A DNA stretch of 64,000 nucleotides, from positions 113,896,001 through 113,960,000 of the forward strand of contig NC_086108.1 of assembly GCF_963921235.1 (NCBI RefSeq), written 5' to 3'. The translations under genes were made by a program, and so were the position numbers. Source of the stretch: Mobula hypostoma. Its lineage: Eukaryota. The notes below the pieces were generated by a model. That model had not been told where the DNA came from. It saw only the letters and a list, made by a program, of their open reading frames with translations, and did not search any database. Each line of letters opens with the position of its first letter. Position 1 is the first letter of the stretch. Below are positions 48,399-61,747 of the stretch, one piece after another.

Positions 48399-50627
48399 AA
48401 GATGATAAAACATAAGACCCCCATAAGACATAGGAGCAGAATTAGGCTATTTGGCCCATCGAGTCTGTTCCACCATTTCATCATGTCTGATCCATTTCTC
48501 TCTCAGCCCATAGCTCCTTCTTCCCCACCCCCAAATATCCCTTCATGCCCTGACTCATTAAGAAGCTATCAAATTCTGTCCTAAATATACCCAATGATTT
48601 GGCTTCCATGGTCACCTGAGGCAATGAATTCCACAGATTCACCACTTTTAGGATAAGAGGTATAGGTTGAGTGGATAGCCAGAGACTTTTCCCAGGATGA
48701 AAATGGCTAATAGGAGGGAGGGATAATTTTAAGTCAATAGGAAGAAAGTATAGGGGTGATGTCAGAGGTAGGTTTTTTTTTTACATAGAGAGCGGAGGGT
48801 GTTTGGTACGCTGTACCAGTGGTGGTGGTGGTAGAGGCAGACTTATTAGGCACATGGATGATAGAAAAATGGTGGACTATTTGGGAGGGAAGGGTTAGAT
48901 TGATCTTAGAGTAGGTTAAAAGATGGGCACAACATGGTGGGTACTATGCTACACTGTTCTATGTTCTCACTCGCCACCCCCAACCCCACCAAACCAGAAT
49001 GGAAGTAACTCATTCTCGATCCCCAGGGACTGTATATAGTGATTGTACAAAGGTTAATCCTCAAACACTCCATCATCTGCTTGGAACCACACCAAGTCCT
49101 CATCACGGATCAGACCCTCTGTAAGCTTCACAATCATGCTAAAAAAACATAAACAAGCCCTCTGTTCTATAAGAACTGGCATACATTAATGAAGTATTTT
49201 AAAACTTAATAAGGTATTTACTACCCAATCAAACTACTGAGAATGAATGGATGCATTGAGAAGAGCAGTAACCCAATTTGAATTGACATAATTCAACTGA
49301 ATAAATCAAAGTTCAAAGTAAAGTTATTCTCAAAGTATACATTGGTACAGCCCTGAGTTTCATTTTGTTACAGACATACACAGTAAGTACAAAGAAACAC
49401 AATAGAATTGATGAAAGACCACACACAAGAAGAATGTACTATAAGCACGTAACAGCAGGGATACACTTACTGTAAGTGGTCTACAAACCAGTTACCAAGT
49501 TTAAAGTATGTAGACAGACTGCCTCCTGAATGTGCTAATATCTAGACACAGGTGTGATCCCTCCAGGTACACAGAGCCACGAACAGCAAATCTGTAGATA
49601 ATGAGGGCTCACTGTTTTGGATAAGGCAAATAAACCATCAGCTGATGCCTGAAGATTTAACAGTATCAAAGTTTAAAAATAAGCAATAAGCACTTCACTT
49701 CTGTCCAATATTATTTCCTCCAATCTTTGTAAGCATCTTCCAAATAGACTTATTGTATTCACTAAGATCCGGCTTTATCACCAACTCAGGGTATAGGTTT
49801 GAGGTTCTACTGCAGATACTCAAGCTCAAAATCTAAGCTGGTGCTCCCAGCTGAAGTCAAAGTAAGTTTACTATCAAAGAATGTATGCACCTTTGCAGGA
49901 AAGCAGCGTCCATCATCAGTGACGCCCACCGTCCAGGCCATGCTTCCATCTCACTTGAGCCTCAGGACTCACATCAGCAGGTTCAGGTACAGTTGTTACT
50001 CCTCAGCCATCAGGTCACGGATGTATATGGTGACATATATTTACTTTGATAATAAATTTACTTTGAACTTTGGCATACTACTTTGAGATTCATTTTCTTG
50101 CAGGACACACCTTGTGATATGATAACACCTCCAATCTGCTACTAAGAACTGACTCACGGACCTCTGGCTCCTTCCACCTGTCGTCAGGTGGAGCACACTG
50201 CAGAGCAGCAGCCAGCTCTGACCGAGGAGCAGTCTTTTGAACTGGAGGGTACGTGTCCTCTGGGAAAACATAAAGGATTCTTGATGAACGCAAGAGAGCA
50301 GTTTTCCTGGCCATGGATTAACCCTCAAACAGATTCTGATTTTGGAGGATCTGTTCAGGGTCCAGCACCTAAGTACCATTACAAGGAAAGGATGGCAGCA
50401 TCTCCACTTTGTTAGAAGTTTGCGAAGATTCAGCATGTCATCTAAAACACTAACAAACTTCTATAGATGTGTGGTACAGAGTATATTAGCTGGTTTCATC
50501 AAGGTCTAGTATGAAACAACAATGCCCTTGAATGGAAAATCCTACAAAAGTAGTAGATACAGTCTAGTCCATCATGGGTAAAGCCCTCCCCAACACTGAG
50601 GACATCTACACGGAGCGCTGTCACAGG

Positions 50628-52860
50628 AAACTAAGTGGAAAAGCGTATTGTATAGAGGATGTGGAGAGTCTGCAGAGGGATATAGATATGTTAAGTGAGT
50701 GGGCCAAGGTCTGACAGATGGAATACAACGTTGGTAAATGCGAGATCATCCACTTTGGAAGGAATAATAGAAGAGCAGATTATTATTTAAATGGTGAAAG
50801 ATTCCAGCATGCTGTTGTGCAGAGGGACTTGGGAGTGCTTGTGCATGAATCACAAAAAGTTAGCTTGCAGGTACAACAGGTTATTAAGGAGGCAAATGGA
50901 ATGTTGGCCTTCATTGCTAGAGGGATTGAATTCAAGAGCAGGGAGGTCATGCCGCAACTATACAGGGTACTGGTGAGGCTGCACCTGGAGTACTGTGTGC
51001 AGTTCTGGTCTCCATGCTTGAGAAAGGGTATACTACCTTTGGAGGCAGTGCAGAGGAGATTCACCAGGTTGATTCCAGGGAAGAAGGAGTTAACCTATGA
51101 GGAGAGACTGAGTCGCCTGGGACTATACTCTCTGGAGCTCAAAAGAATGAGAGGCGATCTTATAGAAACATACATTTTCTTTCTTTCCTTTTCCAATATT
51201 TTTAGTCATAGTCATAGTCATACTTTATTGATCCCGGGGGAAATTAGTTTTTGTTACAGTTGCACCATAAATAATAAATAGTAATAAAACCATAAATAGT
51301 TAAATAGTAATATGTAAATTATGCCAGTAAATTATGAAATAAGTCCAGGACCAGCCTCTTGGCTCAGGGTGTCTGACCCTCCCAGGGAGGAGTTGTAAAG
51401 TTTGATGGCCACAGGCAGGAATGACTTCCTATGACGCTCTGTGTTGCATCTCGGTGGAATGAGTCTCTGGCTGAATGTACTTCTGTGCCCACCCAGTACA
51501 TTATGTAGTGGATGGGAGACATTGTCCAAGATGGCATGCAACTTGGACAGCATCCTCTTCTCACCACCGTCAGAGAGTCCAGTTCCATCCCCACAACATC
51601 ACTGGCCTTATGAATGAGTTTATTGATTCTGTTGGTGTCTGCTACCCTCAGCCTGCTGCCCCAGCACACAACAGCAAACATGATCGCACTGGCCACCACA
51701 GACTCGTAGAACATCCTCAGCATCGTCCGGCAGATGTTAAAGGACCTCAGTCTCCTCAGGAAATAGACACGGCTCTGACCCTTCTTGTAGACAGCCTCAG
51801 TGTTCTTTGACCAGTCCAGTTTATTGTCAATTCGTATCCACAGGTATTTGTAATCCTCCACCATGTCCACACTGGCCCCCTGGATGGAAACAGGGGTCAC
51901 CGGTACCTTAGCTCTCCTCAGGTCTACCACCAGCTCCTTAAGTCTTTTTCACATTAAGCTGCAGATAATTCTGCTCACACCATGTTTCCTACCATAGCCC
52001 TGTACTCAGCCTCATCTCCCTTGCTGATGCATCCAACTATGGCAGAGTCATCCGAAAACTTCTGAAGATGACAAGACTCTGTGCAGTAGTTGAAGTCCGA
52101 GGTGTAAATGGTGAAGAGAAAGGGAGACAAGACAGGCCCCTGTGGAGCCCCAGTGCTGCTGATCACTCTGTCGGACACACAGTGTTGTAAGCACACGTAC
52201 TGTGGTCTGCCAGTAAGGTAATCAAGAATCCATGATACCAGGGAAGCATCCACCTGCATCACTGTCAGCTTCTCCCCCAGCAGAGCAGGGCGGATGGTGT
52301 TGAACACACTGGAGAAGTCAAAAAACATGACCCTCACAGTACTCGCTGGCTTGTCCAGGTGGGCGTAGACACAGTTCAGCAGGTGGACGATGGCATCCTC
52401 AACTCCTAGTCGGGGCTGGTAGGCGAACTGGAGGGGATCTAAGTGTGGCCTGACCATAGGCCGGAGCAGCTCCAGAACAATTAAATTTCATATACACAAA
52501 TACAGAATTCATAAGGATACTTATTATAAATCAAAATAAGGTAGCACAAAATTTTGAAAGGGATAGATAAGATAGAAGTAGGAAAGTTGTTTCCATTGGT
52601 AGGTGAGAGGAGAAACTGTTTTTCCCAGAAAGTGGTGAATCTGTGGAATTCTCTGCCCAGGGAAGCAGTTGAGGCTTCTTCACTAAATATATTTAAGATA
52701 CAGTTAGATAAGTTTTTACATAGTAGGGGAATTAAGGGTTATGGGGAAAAGGCAGGTAGATGGAGCTGAGTTTACGGACAGATCAGCCATGATCTTATTG
52801 AATGGCGGGGCAGGCTCGATGGGCCGGATGGCCCACTCCTGCTCCTATTTCTTATGTTCT
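50628..52860 (+). mobile_element. CR1 3' fragment split by a Rex1 insertion
   Basis: ORF 50718-51281 then ORF 52554-52769 continue the same CR1 C-terminus. Confidence 0.85.
51203..52480 (-). mobile_element. Rex1/Babar LINE RT + 3' end, near-identical to 10256-11000
   Basis: DPLQFAY, FFDFSSVFNTI, GAPQG.VLSPFLF, KFSDDS; (ATGACT)n tail. Confidence 0.88.
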
Positions 52861-53190
52861 TTATCATCAAGGACCCACACCACCAAGGTTTAGGAACAGT
52901 TATTACCCCTCAATCATCAAGTTCTTGAACCACAGGGAATAACTTCACTCAGCCCAACACTGAACTATTCCCACATCCATGTGACTTGCTTTCAAGGACT
53001 CTTCATCTCATGGTCTGGATAATTATTGCTTACTTATTACTATTTTTATATTTACACAGCTTGTTGATTTTTGCACATGGGTTGTTTGTCCATCTTGTTG
53101 GGTGCAGTCTTTCATTGATTCTATGACATTTCTTTGTGTTTACTGTGAATGTCCACAAGAAAATGAATCTCAGGGTTGCAGAAGGTGATG

Positions 53191-54050
53191 TGTAACACCC
53201 TGGGCAAGATTTCTACTGTTGTGCTGTGAAGTATTTTTATTTTAGCAATTTTCTGTAAATGTAGCGTGTCCTGCTAATAAGAGTGTTTTCGCTTTGGCTA
53301 AAGAAGCCATGTTGCCCAACTTAGGAATGTTGTGTCAGCCAATCAGGACGGTCTGGGTACGTGTTGTAACTTTCTGTCCAGTGGGATGCGAGAGTAGATT
53401 CTAGACAGCTGGACAGGATGAGATTTCTGAAGGACAGTAGTCTGGTTTGGGGTCTTTCGGCAGGAGCAGTGGAGCGAAACACGAGGTGAAGATACCGCTG
53501 AATGCAGTTCAAAGGAGAGACCCTGTTGTAAGGAGAGCTTTGTGAAGATGAATGGTTCCAAGAAGGAAGTGCCAGTACTCCTGAGACAGCCAATTTGTTT
53601 GAAATGGTCTTCAAGGGAAGTTCCAACTGTGGCTGCTGTCTTTCACACAGAATGTGGGTTCAGCTGAGTAAAGCCATACACCCGACTACTACAGAAATGA
53701 GCTCCAACGTTTATGTGCACTCTGGACTGGTTTAACTGTAATGGGCCCTTTGATTTTTTTGTTTCTTCCTGTTAATTGTTCGATGAAGTTGAAAATTGGT
53801 AAATATCCTTCCTTTATAACTGGATGCTGGTGTCATTTGTTGGTGACCGTTAATTGTGTATGGGGCAGTATTTACAATCTATGTTCCTCTCCGGAACATT
53901 CCAGCTTTCCCGTTTGATTGAATCCCAAATTATACCGATCCTAGACATATATTGCCTATGAAAGGTGGCCTTCTCACCACTGAGTCTTGTGTCATTAGTA
54001 GAGCTAGCTAACGAGCCAACTTTGTATGCGAGTCAAGCGGGAAGGTTGCA
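53191..54050. mobile_element. Probable solo LTR (about 860 bp)
   Basis: TGTAAC...GTTGCA ends, interrupts another repeat; TSD not clear. Confidence 0.5.
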
Positions 54051-54590
54051 TACAGTACTCGAAAATTTATACAAATGTAATGTTGGGAGCACTCTGACTG
54101 GCTGCATCATCATCTGGTATGTGGGGGATACTGCACAAGATCGAAATAAGTTGCAGAAACTTGTAAAGTTAGCCAGCTCCTTCATGGGTACTAGCTTCTG
54201 TAGTATCCGAGACATTTTCAAGAAGCTATGCCTTAGAAAGACGGCATCCGCATTAAGGATCCTCACCATCCAGGACATGCCCACTGCTCACTGTTACCAT
54301 TGGAAAGGAAGCACAGAAGCCTAAAGTCACACACTCAATGATTCAGGAACAGCTTCATAACCTCTGCCATCCGACTGCGAAATGGACATTGTCCCCATGA
54401 ATGCTACCTCACTACTTCTTTTGTTTTTTTGCGCTACTTATTTTAACATAACTATTTAATAGACATACATATATTTACCTAAAGTAACTCAGTTTTTTTC
54501 CTCTATATTTATCAAATATTTTATTGTACTGCTACTGTAAAGTTAGTTGACAAATTTCACGACATTTCCCAGTGCTATTAATTCTGATTT

Positions 54591-54987
54591 TGTGCAAAAG
54601 TCTTAGGCACCCTAGATTTTTTATATGTTTTCAGATGATATGACCTCCACAGAGACCTCATCTCAACATCGAGATTGTCTGTGATTACCTGGAGGGACAG
54701 AGGCAAAGTCTGCAGAACTGTGACAAGTTCTCCAAGATACTTGGGACAACCTACCAACTAATATTCTTATAAAAAATAGACAACAGTGTACCTAAGAGAA
54801 TTGATGCAGTTTTGAAGTCAAAGGGTAATCACGCCAACATTGATTTGATTTAGTTTTTTAATGTTTACTTGCTCTTTAGAGTAATTTTTTTTTGATAAGT
54901 AGAAACTTTTCATTTCGTTACTTTTGAAAGGACCATTGTTTTTTATTTTTTTTTCACATGTGCCTTAGGCGTTTGCACAGTACTGTA
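54591..54987 (+). mobile_element. Non-autonomous Tc1-like element
   Basis: Imperfect TIRs TGTGCAAAAGTCTTAGGCAC / GTGCCTTAGGCGTTTGCACAGTACTGTA; internal remnants resembling Tc1 transposase C-terminus. Confidence 0.65.
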
Positions 54988-55134
54988 TGTACTTTGATAA
55001 TAAATTTACTCTGCACTTTGCTGTTTGTGGGACTTTTGAATGTGCACATTCCAAAGAAATACATAATCAGATATTTTTGCAAGGAAAGTAGATGAAATAC
55101 GCAGCTCTACATCAGAGCCACTGGTGTTCGGTAC

Positions 55135-55260
55135 CTTCTCAGGTCGTCCGTTAAGGCCTCCGGAGGGTAACTGCCGTTCACAGAGCCACCAGCCAAGTAG
55201 ATCCGCATTGACGTGGTGCAACTGGCCCGTGATAGCAAGAAATCCTGTGCAGCAATAGAT
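55135..55260 (-). CDS. RABGGTB: RABGGTB internal coding exon
   Basis: tag|[42 protein letters not shown]|gtaccg, 126 nt. Confidence 0.97.
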
Positions 55261-55399
55261 CTAGGAAGGGACAACACAAGCTTTCACTGACCAGTTCGTG
55301 TATTGGAGGAAATGACCACACAAGAATACACCCAAATTCTACACCATCTTCCCTTAATTACAGGGAACTACATACATTCATTATATTCAAGCATAGTTT

Positions 55400-55950
55400 A
55401 TCATGTCAGTCCATGGCCTCCTTTACTACACGTTGAGATCACTCTCAAGTTGAAGGAACAACACCTCATATTCTGTCTAGGTAGCCTCCAAACTGATGAC
55501 ATGAACATTGATCTCTCCTCGTAATTTTTTCCCTTCCTCCTACCCTCTTCATTTCTCTAGTCTAGCCTCTTCCCTCTTTTCCTCACCTGCCTATTACCTG
55601 CCTCTGGGTCCCCTCCTCCTTCCCTTTCTCCCCTGGTCCACTCTCCTTTCCTATCAGATTCCTCCTTCTTCAGGCCTTTACCTTTAGCACCTATCACCTT
55701 CCAGCTTCTTACTTCATTCCCTATCCCCACTTACCTGGCTTCACCTATCACCTTCCAGCTTGTACTCATTCCTCTCCCCCTCCCCCCCCAACTTCTTATT
55801 CTGGCAGCTTCTCTCTTCCTTTGCATTCTTGATGAAGGGTCTCAGCCCAAAACATTGACTGTTTATTCACTTCCATTAACGTTGCCCGACCTACCAACTT
55901 ACTCTATCATTTTTTGTGCGTTACTCTGGATTTCCAGCATCTTGTGTTTA
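55400..55950 (+). mobile_element. Penelope-like 3' fragment, degenerate hammerhead near 55827-55862
   Basis: LKEQHLIFCLGSLQTDDMNID; pyrimidine-rich UTR; pLTR. Confidence 0.8.
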
Positions 55951-56214
55951 TAGCTTATCAATGTTCAGAAATGAAAGGTACAGATGGAAGTAGAAAGTGC
56001 AGCATAATTTATGTTGGAATAGACCAGAACTGACTGTATTTACAGTGGACTACCCTTGGCCTACATCGGGTTTTCAGAGCTATATTCCAAAAGTGCCACT
56101 CCCCTTCCCTTACATGCCCACCAACTCCCCGGGTGCTGGTTTTGACCATGGGGTCATGGGCACTCACTTTTCAAAAACAACACCTGGCCTGCTTCCAGCA
56201 TTTTCTGTCAGAAT

Positions 56215-57190
56215 TTCAAACTCCCCTTCAATTTCTGTTCGCATTTGACAAAGAAAGGTATGGCCACATTATTGGGGCTAAATTGCAAACCACCCAATAG
56301 TTCCAGCGATTTAGAGGAACAAATTTGTAGAAAGATCGCAGACTCTTGCAAGAAACATAAGCTTCTTCCAGTAGGTGATTTTAACTTTGTAAAATGACCA
56401 GATGAGATAGTTTGTCAAACATGTTGAGCGAAGTTTCCTTCATCAGTACGTAGAAGTCTTAACGAGTGTGTGAGATACTGGATCTACCATTAGGGCATGA
56501 AACAGGGGAAGGTGACAGAAGTTTCTGTGGGGGGAACACTTTGCATCCAGCGAACACAATGCCATTGGTTTCAGAGTAAATATTCTAAAGGATAGGTCTG
56601 GTCCACAGGTTGAGATTGTAAATTGGATAATTTTTATGGTATCAGAAATGATCTAGCAAGTGTGGATTGGGGCAGGTTGTTTTCTGACAAGGATAAGTGG
56701 GAGGCCTTCAAATGTGAAATTTTGAGAGTACAAAGCTTGTATGTACCTGTCAGAATAAAGAGTAAACATAACAAATATTGGTAATGTTAGTTTTCAAGAG
56801 ACATTGAGGGCAAGATTAAGTGAAAAAAAGAGGTGCAGAGCAAGTAGAGGCAGGTAGGAATAATTGAGGTGCTTCTGGAGAATAAGAATTGCAAATGAAC
56901 ACTTAAGAAAGAAAATCAGTAGGGCTAAAAGAAGGCATGCAGGTGCTCTAGCAGAGAAGGTGAAGGAGAATTCTAAGGGATTCTACAGATATGTTAAGAG
57001 TAAAAAGGTTGCAAGGCAGAAAAGTGGACCCCTTTTGGATCAGAATGGCAATGCATATGTGGAGACAAAACAGATGGGGGAGATCTTAAATAATTTTTTG
57101 CATCTATATTTACTCAGGAGCAGGACACAGAGTCTATAGAAGTGAAGCAAAGTGCCATCAACTTCATGGAGCTTGTACAGATTACAGTGA
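56215..57190 (+). mobile_element. Old CR1 ORF2 fragment
   Basis: KENSKGFYRYVKSK..GEILNNF. Confidence 0.7.
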
Positions 57191-57289
57191 CCATACTAAT
57201 ACCATGAGACATAGGAAAAGAAATGAGGCCATTTGACCCATTGAGTCTGCTTCGCCATTCATTATGGCTGAACTTTTCTCCCCTTCCTT

Positions 57290-57450
57290 AGTACCGGTAA
57301 CCAGTACGTCTTTGGATTGTGGGAGGAAACCCGTGCAGTCATAGGAAGGAATGAACAAACTTGCTTACAGAGGACGCAGGTATTGAACTCTGAACTCCAA
57401 TGCCCAAGCTGTAATAGCTTGGTGCTAACCTCTGTGCTACCGTGACGCTC
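57290..57450 (-). mobile_element. V-SINE fragment
   Basis: Minus strand GGGTTTCCTCCCACAATCCAAAGACG. Confidence 0.6.
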
Positions 57451-57827
57451 ACTGGGTAGATATAACCAGGTGGGCAGGGTGATCAATTTTGCTAATTACA
57501 GGCCAACTAGTTCTTTTCACTGTTTGTCCAGCATGCTAAAGTTCAGCATGAATACTGCAGAGTTTCAATGATTAAAAACTGTGTTGCATCCATAAGACCA
57601 TAAGACATAGGAGCAGAATTAGCCTATTTGGCCCATCAAGTTTTCTCTGACTGGTTAATTCTTAGATTAGACTGTTTAATTGATACTTTCTTTGCAGTTT
57701 AACAATTGCTTATATTTAATCTGCTTATATTTTATATAATTACTTATATACAAGTAACCGCTAACTATACTTCCTGGTGGCTATAGTACTGTATGTATAT
57801 GCAAGTTTAATATGCCTGAGTATAGTG

Positions 57828-57907
57828 CAGGGGTTCCCAAATTTTTTACATGCAATGGACCAATTCCAATAATCAAGGTATCTGTGGACCCCAGGTTGGG
57901 AATTCCT
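57828..57907. mobile_element. Tiny hAT-like MITE
   Basis: CAGGGGTTCCCAA...TTGGGAATTCCT inverted ends. Confidence 0.6.
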
Positions 57908-57912
57908 AATCT

Positions 57913-58072
57913 TACTATCTCTTCTTTCAGTTAGTCCTGATGAAGGGTCTCGGCACGAAACATCAACTGTACTTCTTCCTATAGATGCTGCCTGGCCTGC
58001 TGCGTTCCACCAGCATTTTGTGTGTGTTGCTTGAATTTCCAGCATCTGCAGATTTTCTCATGTTTGCGTTTT
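57913..58072 (+). mobile_element. Solo Penelope pLTR with hammerhead motif (57933-57968, slightly mutated)
   Basis: CTGATGA..GAAACATC; TSD GAA(T/C)TCCTAATCT at 57900-57912 and 58073-58085. Confidence 0.82.
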
Positions 58073-58419
58073 GAACTCCTAATCTAGCGGTTACACAAAG
58101 TATAATTCTGGAGAGCTCTGGAATCTTATTTGTACTGTGTTATTTGAAGAATAGTTTTCTAACTGATTAATTAGCTATAAATTTGAATGGAATTTTGCTC
58201 ATCTCTGTGGTATAAAAATAGCTGACTACAAGGCAGCACCATCTTAGCTCCTTTGTTTCTCTTTGCTTAATAGAGCTCTCTCACTGCACAATTTTCTTTT
58301 GTTCTATCAACAATTGTGAAGCAACAAGTTTCGTTCCTCTTTCCTGTCTTCTGAAAGAACCTCCAATTCAAACATCAGAATCCACCAGCCGGTTCCTTTG
58401 AAGCCAAACACCAACTTGC

Positions 58420-58530
58420 CTGTCCCGCATGAGATTCGGAACCAGGTCTGCATCCAAATCCTCCATCGAAGTTCATGCAGGATAAGACAAACTCTGCTGC
58501 TGAATTTAGATTAATGGCATCCAGTCTTCC
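58420..58530 (-). CDS. RABGGTB: RABGGTB internal coding exon, ends in a GC donor; earlier exons lie beyond the window
   Basis: cag|[37 protein letters not shown]|gcaagt, 111 nt. Confidence 0.96.
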
Positions 58531-58659
58531 CTGAAAAACAACATCAAGCACAGGTGTTACTGTCCAAACTCAAAGGCAACAATAGTGGCTTCAAACACAA
58601 CACATTTACCACTAAATAGTCAAATTCTATCAATTCTCCATCAACTCAGATCAATCTAA

Positions 58660-58960
58660 AAGACAAGAAAATCTGCACAACACACAAAATACTGGAGGAA
58701 CTCAGCAGTCCAGGCAGCATCTATGGGAAAAGAGTACAGTAGGAGCTTCTAGCTGAGACTCTTCATCAGGACCCTTCACCAGTCCTGATGAAGGGTCTCA
58801 GCCCAAAACATCAACTGTACTCTTTTTCCATACATGCTGCCTGGCCTGCTGAATTCCTCCAACACTTCATGTGTGTTGCTTGGTTTTCCAGCATCTGCAG
58901 ATTTTCTGGTTTGTGAAAATCTGCAGATGCTGGCAATCCAAGCAACACACGCAAAATGTT
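58660..58960. mobile_element. Cluster of inverted Penelope pLTR pieces (fold-back) in a RABGGTB intron
   Basis: Arms about 58680-58772 / 58781-58878 with degenerate hammerheads, plus a further inverted tail. Confidence 0.78.
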
Positions 58961-58968
58961 ATATAAAA

Positions 58969-61652
58969 GATAGAACATAGAACATAGAATAGTACAGAAC
59001 ATTACAGGCCCTTTGGCCCACAATGTTGTGCCAACCCTCAAACCCCACCTCCCATATAAGCCCCCACCTTAAATTCCTCCATATACCTGTCCAGTAGTCT
59101 CTTAAACTTCACTAGTGTATCTGCCTCCACCACTGACTCAGGCAGTGCATTCCACATACCAACCACTCTCTGAGTAAAAACCCTTCCTCTAATATCCCCC
59201 TTGAACTTCCCATCCCTTACCTTAAAGCCATGTCCTCTTGTATTGAGCAGTGGTGCCCTGGGGAAGAGGCACTGGCTATCCACTCTATCTATTCCTCTTA
59301 TTATCTTGTACACCTCTATCATGTCTCCTCTCATCCTCCTTCTCTCCAGAGTAAAGCCCTAGCTCCCTTAATCTCTGATCATAATGCATACCCTTTAAAC
59401 CAGGCAGCATCCTGGTAAATCTCCTCTGTACCCTTTCTAATGCTTCCACATCCTTCCTGTAGTGAGGCGACCAGAACTGGACACAGAACTCCCAAATGTG
59501 GCCTAACCAGAGTTTTATAGAGCTGCATCATTACATCGCGACTCTTAGACTCTATCCCTCGATTTATGAAAGCTAACACCCCATAAGCTTTATAACTACC
59601 CTATCTACCTGTGAGGCAACTTTCAGGGATCTGTGGACATGTACCCCCAGATCCCTCTGCTCCTCCACACTACCAAGTATCCTGCCATTTACTTTGTACT
59701 CTGCCTTGGAGTTTGTCCTTCCAAAGTGCATCACCTCACACTTCTCTGGGTTGAACTCCATCTGCCACTTCTCAGCCCACTTCTGCATCCTATCAATGTC
59801 TCTCCGCAATCTTCGACAATCCTCTACACTATCCACAACACTACCAACCTTTGTGTCGTCTGCAAACTTGCCAACCCACCCCTCTACCCCCACACCCAGG
59901 CCGTTAATAAAAATCGCAAAAAGTAGAGGTCCCAGAACAGATCCTTGTAGGACACCACTAGTCACAATCCTCCAATCTGAATGTACTCCCTCCACCACCA
60001 CCCTCTGCCTTCTGCAGGCAAGCCAATTCTGAATCCACCTGGCCAAACTTCCCTGGATCCCATGCCTTCTGACTTTCTGAATAAGCCTATCGTGTGGAAC
60101 CTTGTCAAATGCCTTAGTAAAATCTATATAGATCACATCCACTACATTACCCTCATCCATATGCCTGGTCACCTCCTCAAAGAACTCTATCAGGCTTGTT
60201 AGACACGATCTGCCCTTCACAAAGCCATGCTGACTGTCCCTGATCAGACCATGATTCTCTAAATGCCCAGAGATCCTATCTCCAAGAATCTTTTCCAACA
60301 GCTTTCCCACCACAGACGTAAAGCTCACTAGTCTATAATTACCCGGACTATCCCTACTACCTTTTTGAACAAGGGGACATTTGCCTCCCTCCAATCTTCC
60401 GGTACCATTCCCGTGGACAATGAGGACATAAAGGTCCTAGCCAGAGGCTCAGCAATCTCTTCTCTCGCCTCGTGGAGCAGCCTGGGGAATATTCCGTCAG
60501 GCCCTGGGGACTTACCCGTCCTAATGTATTTTAACAACTCCATCACCTCCTCTCCCTTAATATCAACATGCTCCAGAACATCAACCTCACTCATATTGTC
60601 CTCACAATCATCAAGTTCCCTCTCGGAGAGGACAGGAAAATTTTTAATTGGGGAAGGGCAAATTATGAGGCTATAAGGCTAGAACTTGTGGGTGTGAATT
60701 GGGATGTGTTTTTGCAGGGAAATGTACTATGGACATGTGGTTGATGTTTAGAGATCCCTTGCAGGATGTTAGGGATAAATTCGTCCCGGTGAAGAAGATT
60801 TAAAAATTTTCCTGTCCTCTCTGATTCTATCCTTTTCCATGGTAATGCTAAAGGCCAGGGAGCAGTGGTCACTGTCCCCCAGATGCTCACCCACTGACAG
60901 ATCTGTGACCTGACCCGGTTCGTTTCCTAGTACTAGATCCAGTATGGCAGTCCCCCTAGTCGGCCTGTCTACATACTGTGACAGGAATCCGTCCTGGACA
61001 CACTTAACAAACTCTGCCCCATCTAAACCCTTGGAACTAATCAGGTGCCAATCAATATTAGGGAAGTTAAAGTCACCCATGATAACAATCCTGTTATTTT
61101 TGCACCTTTCCAAAATCTGCCTCCTAATCTGCTCGTCTGTATCTCTGCTGCTACCAGGGGGCCTATAGAATACCCCCAATAGAGTAACTGCTCCCTTCCT
61201 GTTCCTGACTTCCACCCATACTGACTCAAAAGAGAATCCTGCTACATTACCCACTCTTTCTGTAGCTGTAATAGTTTCCCTGACCAGTAATGCCACCCCT
61301 CCCCCCCCCCACCTCTATCCCTTTTAAAGCACCGAAATCCAGGAATATTGAGAATCCATTCCTGCCCTGGTACCAGCCAAGCCTCTGTAATGGCCACTAC
61401 ATCATAATTCTATGTATGTATCCAAGCTCTCAGTTCATCACCTTTGTTCCTGATGCTTCTTGCATTGAGGTACACACACTTTAGCCCTTCTACCTTACTG
61501 TCTTTACACCGTTTATTCTGCTTCTCTTTCCTCAAAGCCTCTCTGTATGTTAGATCTGGCTTTACTCCATGCACTTCTTTCACTGCTCTATTGCTCTGGG
61601 TCCCATCCCCCTCGTAAATTAGTTTAAACCCTCCCGAACCATGCTAGCAAAC

Positions 61653-61654
<2 letters not shown>
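58969..61654 (-). mobile_element. Young CR1 ORF2 with internal inversion/deletion
   Basis: Endonuclease (VFYRPP, MGDFNFP) and RT ORFs; inverted block 60626-60800. Confidence 0.92.
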
Positions 61655-61691
<37 letters not shown>

Positions 61692-61696
61692 AGGGG

Positions 61697-61742
<46 letters not shown>

Positions 61743-61747
61743 AGAGA
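61655..61747. repeat. (GA)n microsatellite with poly-G runs
   Basis: Read directly. Confidence 0.95.
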
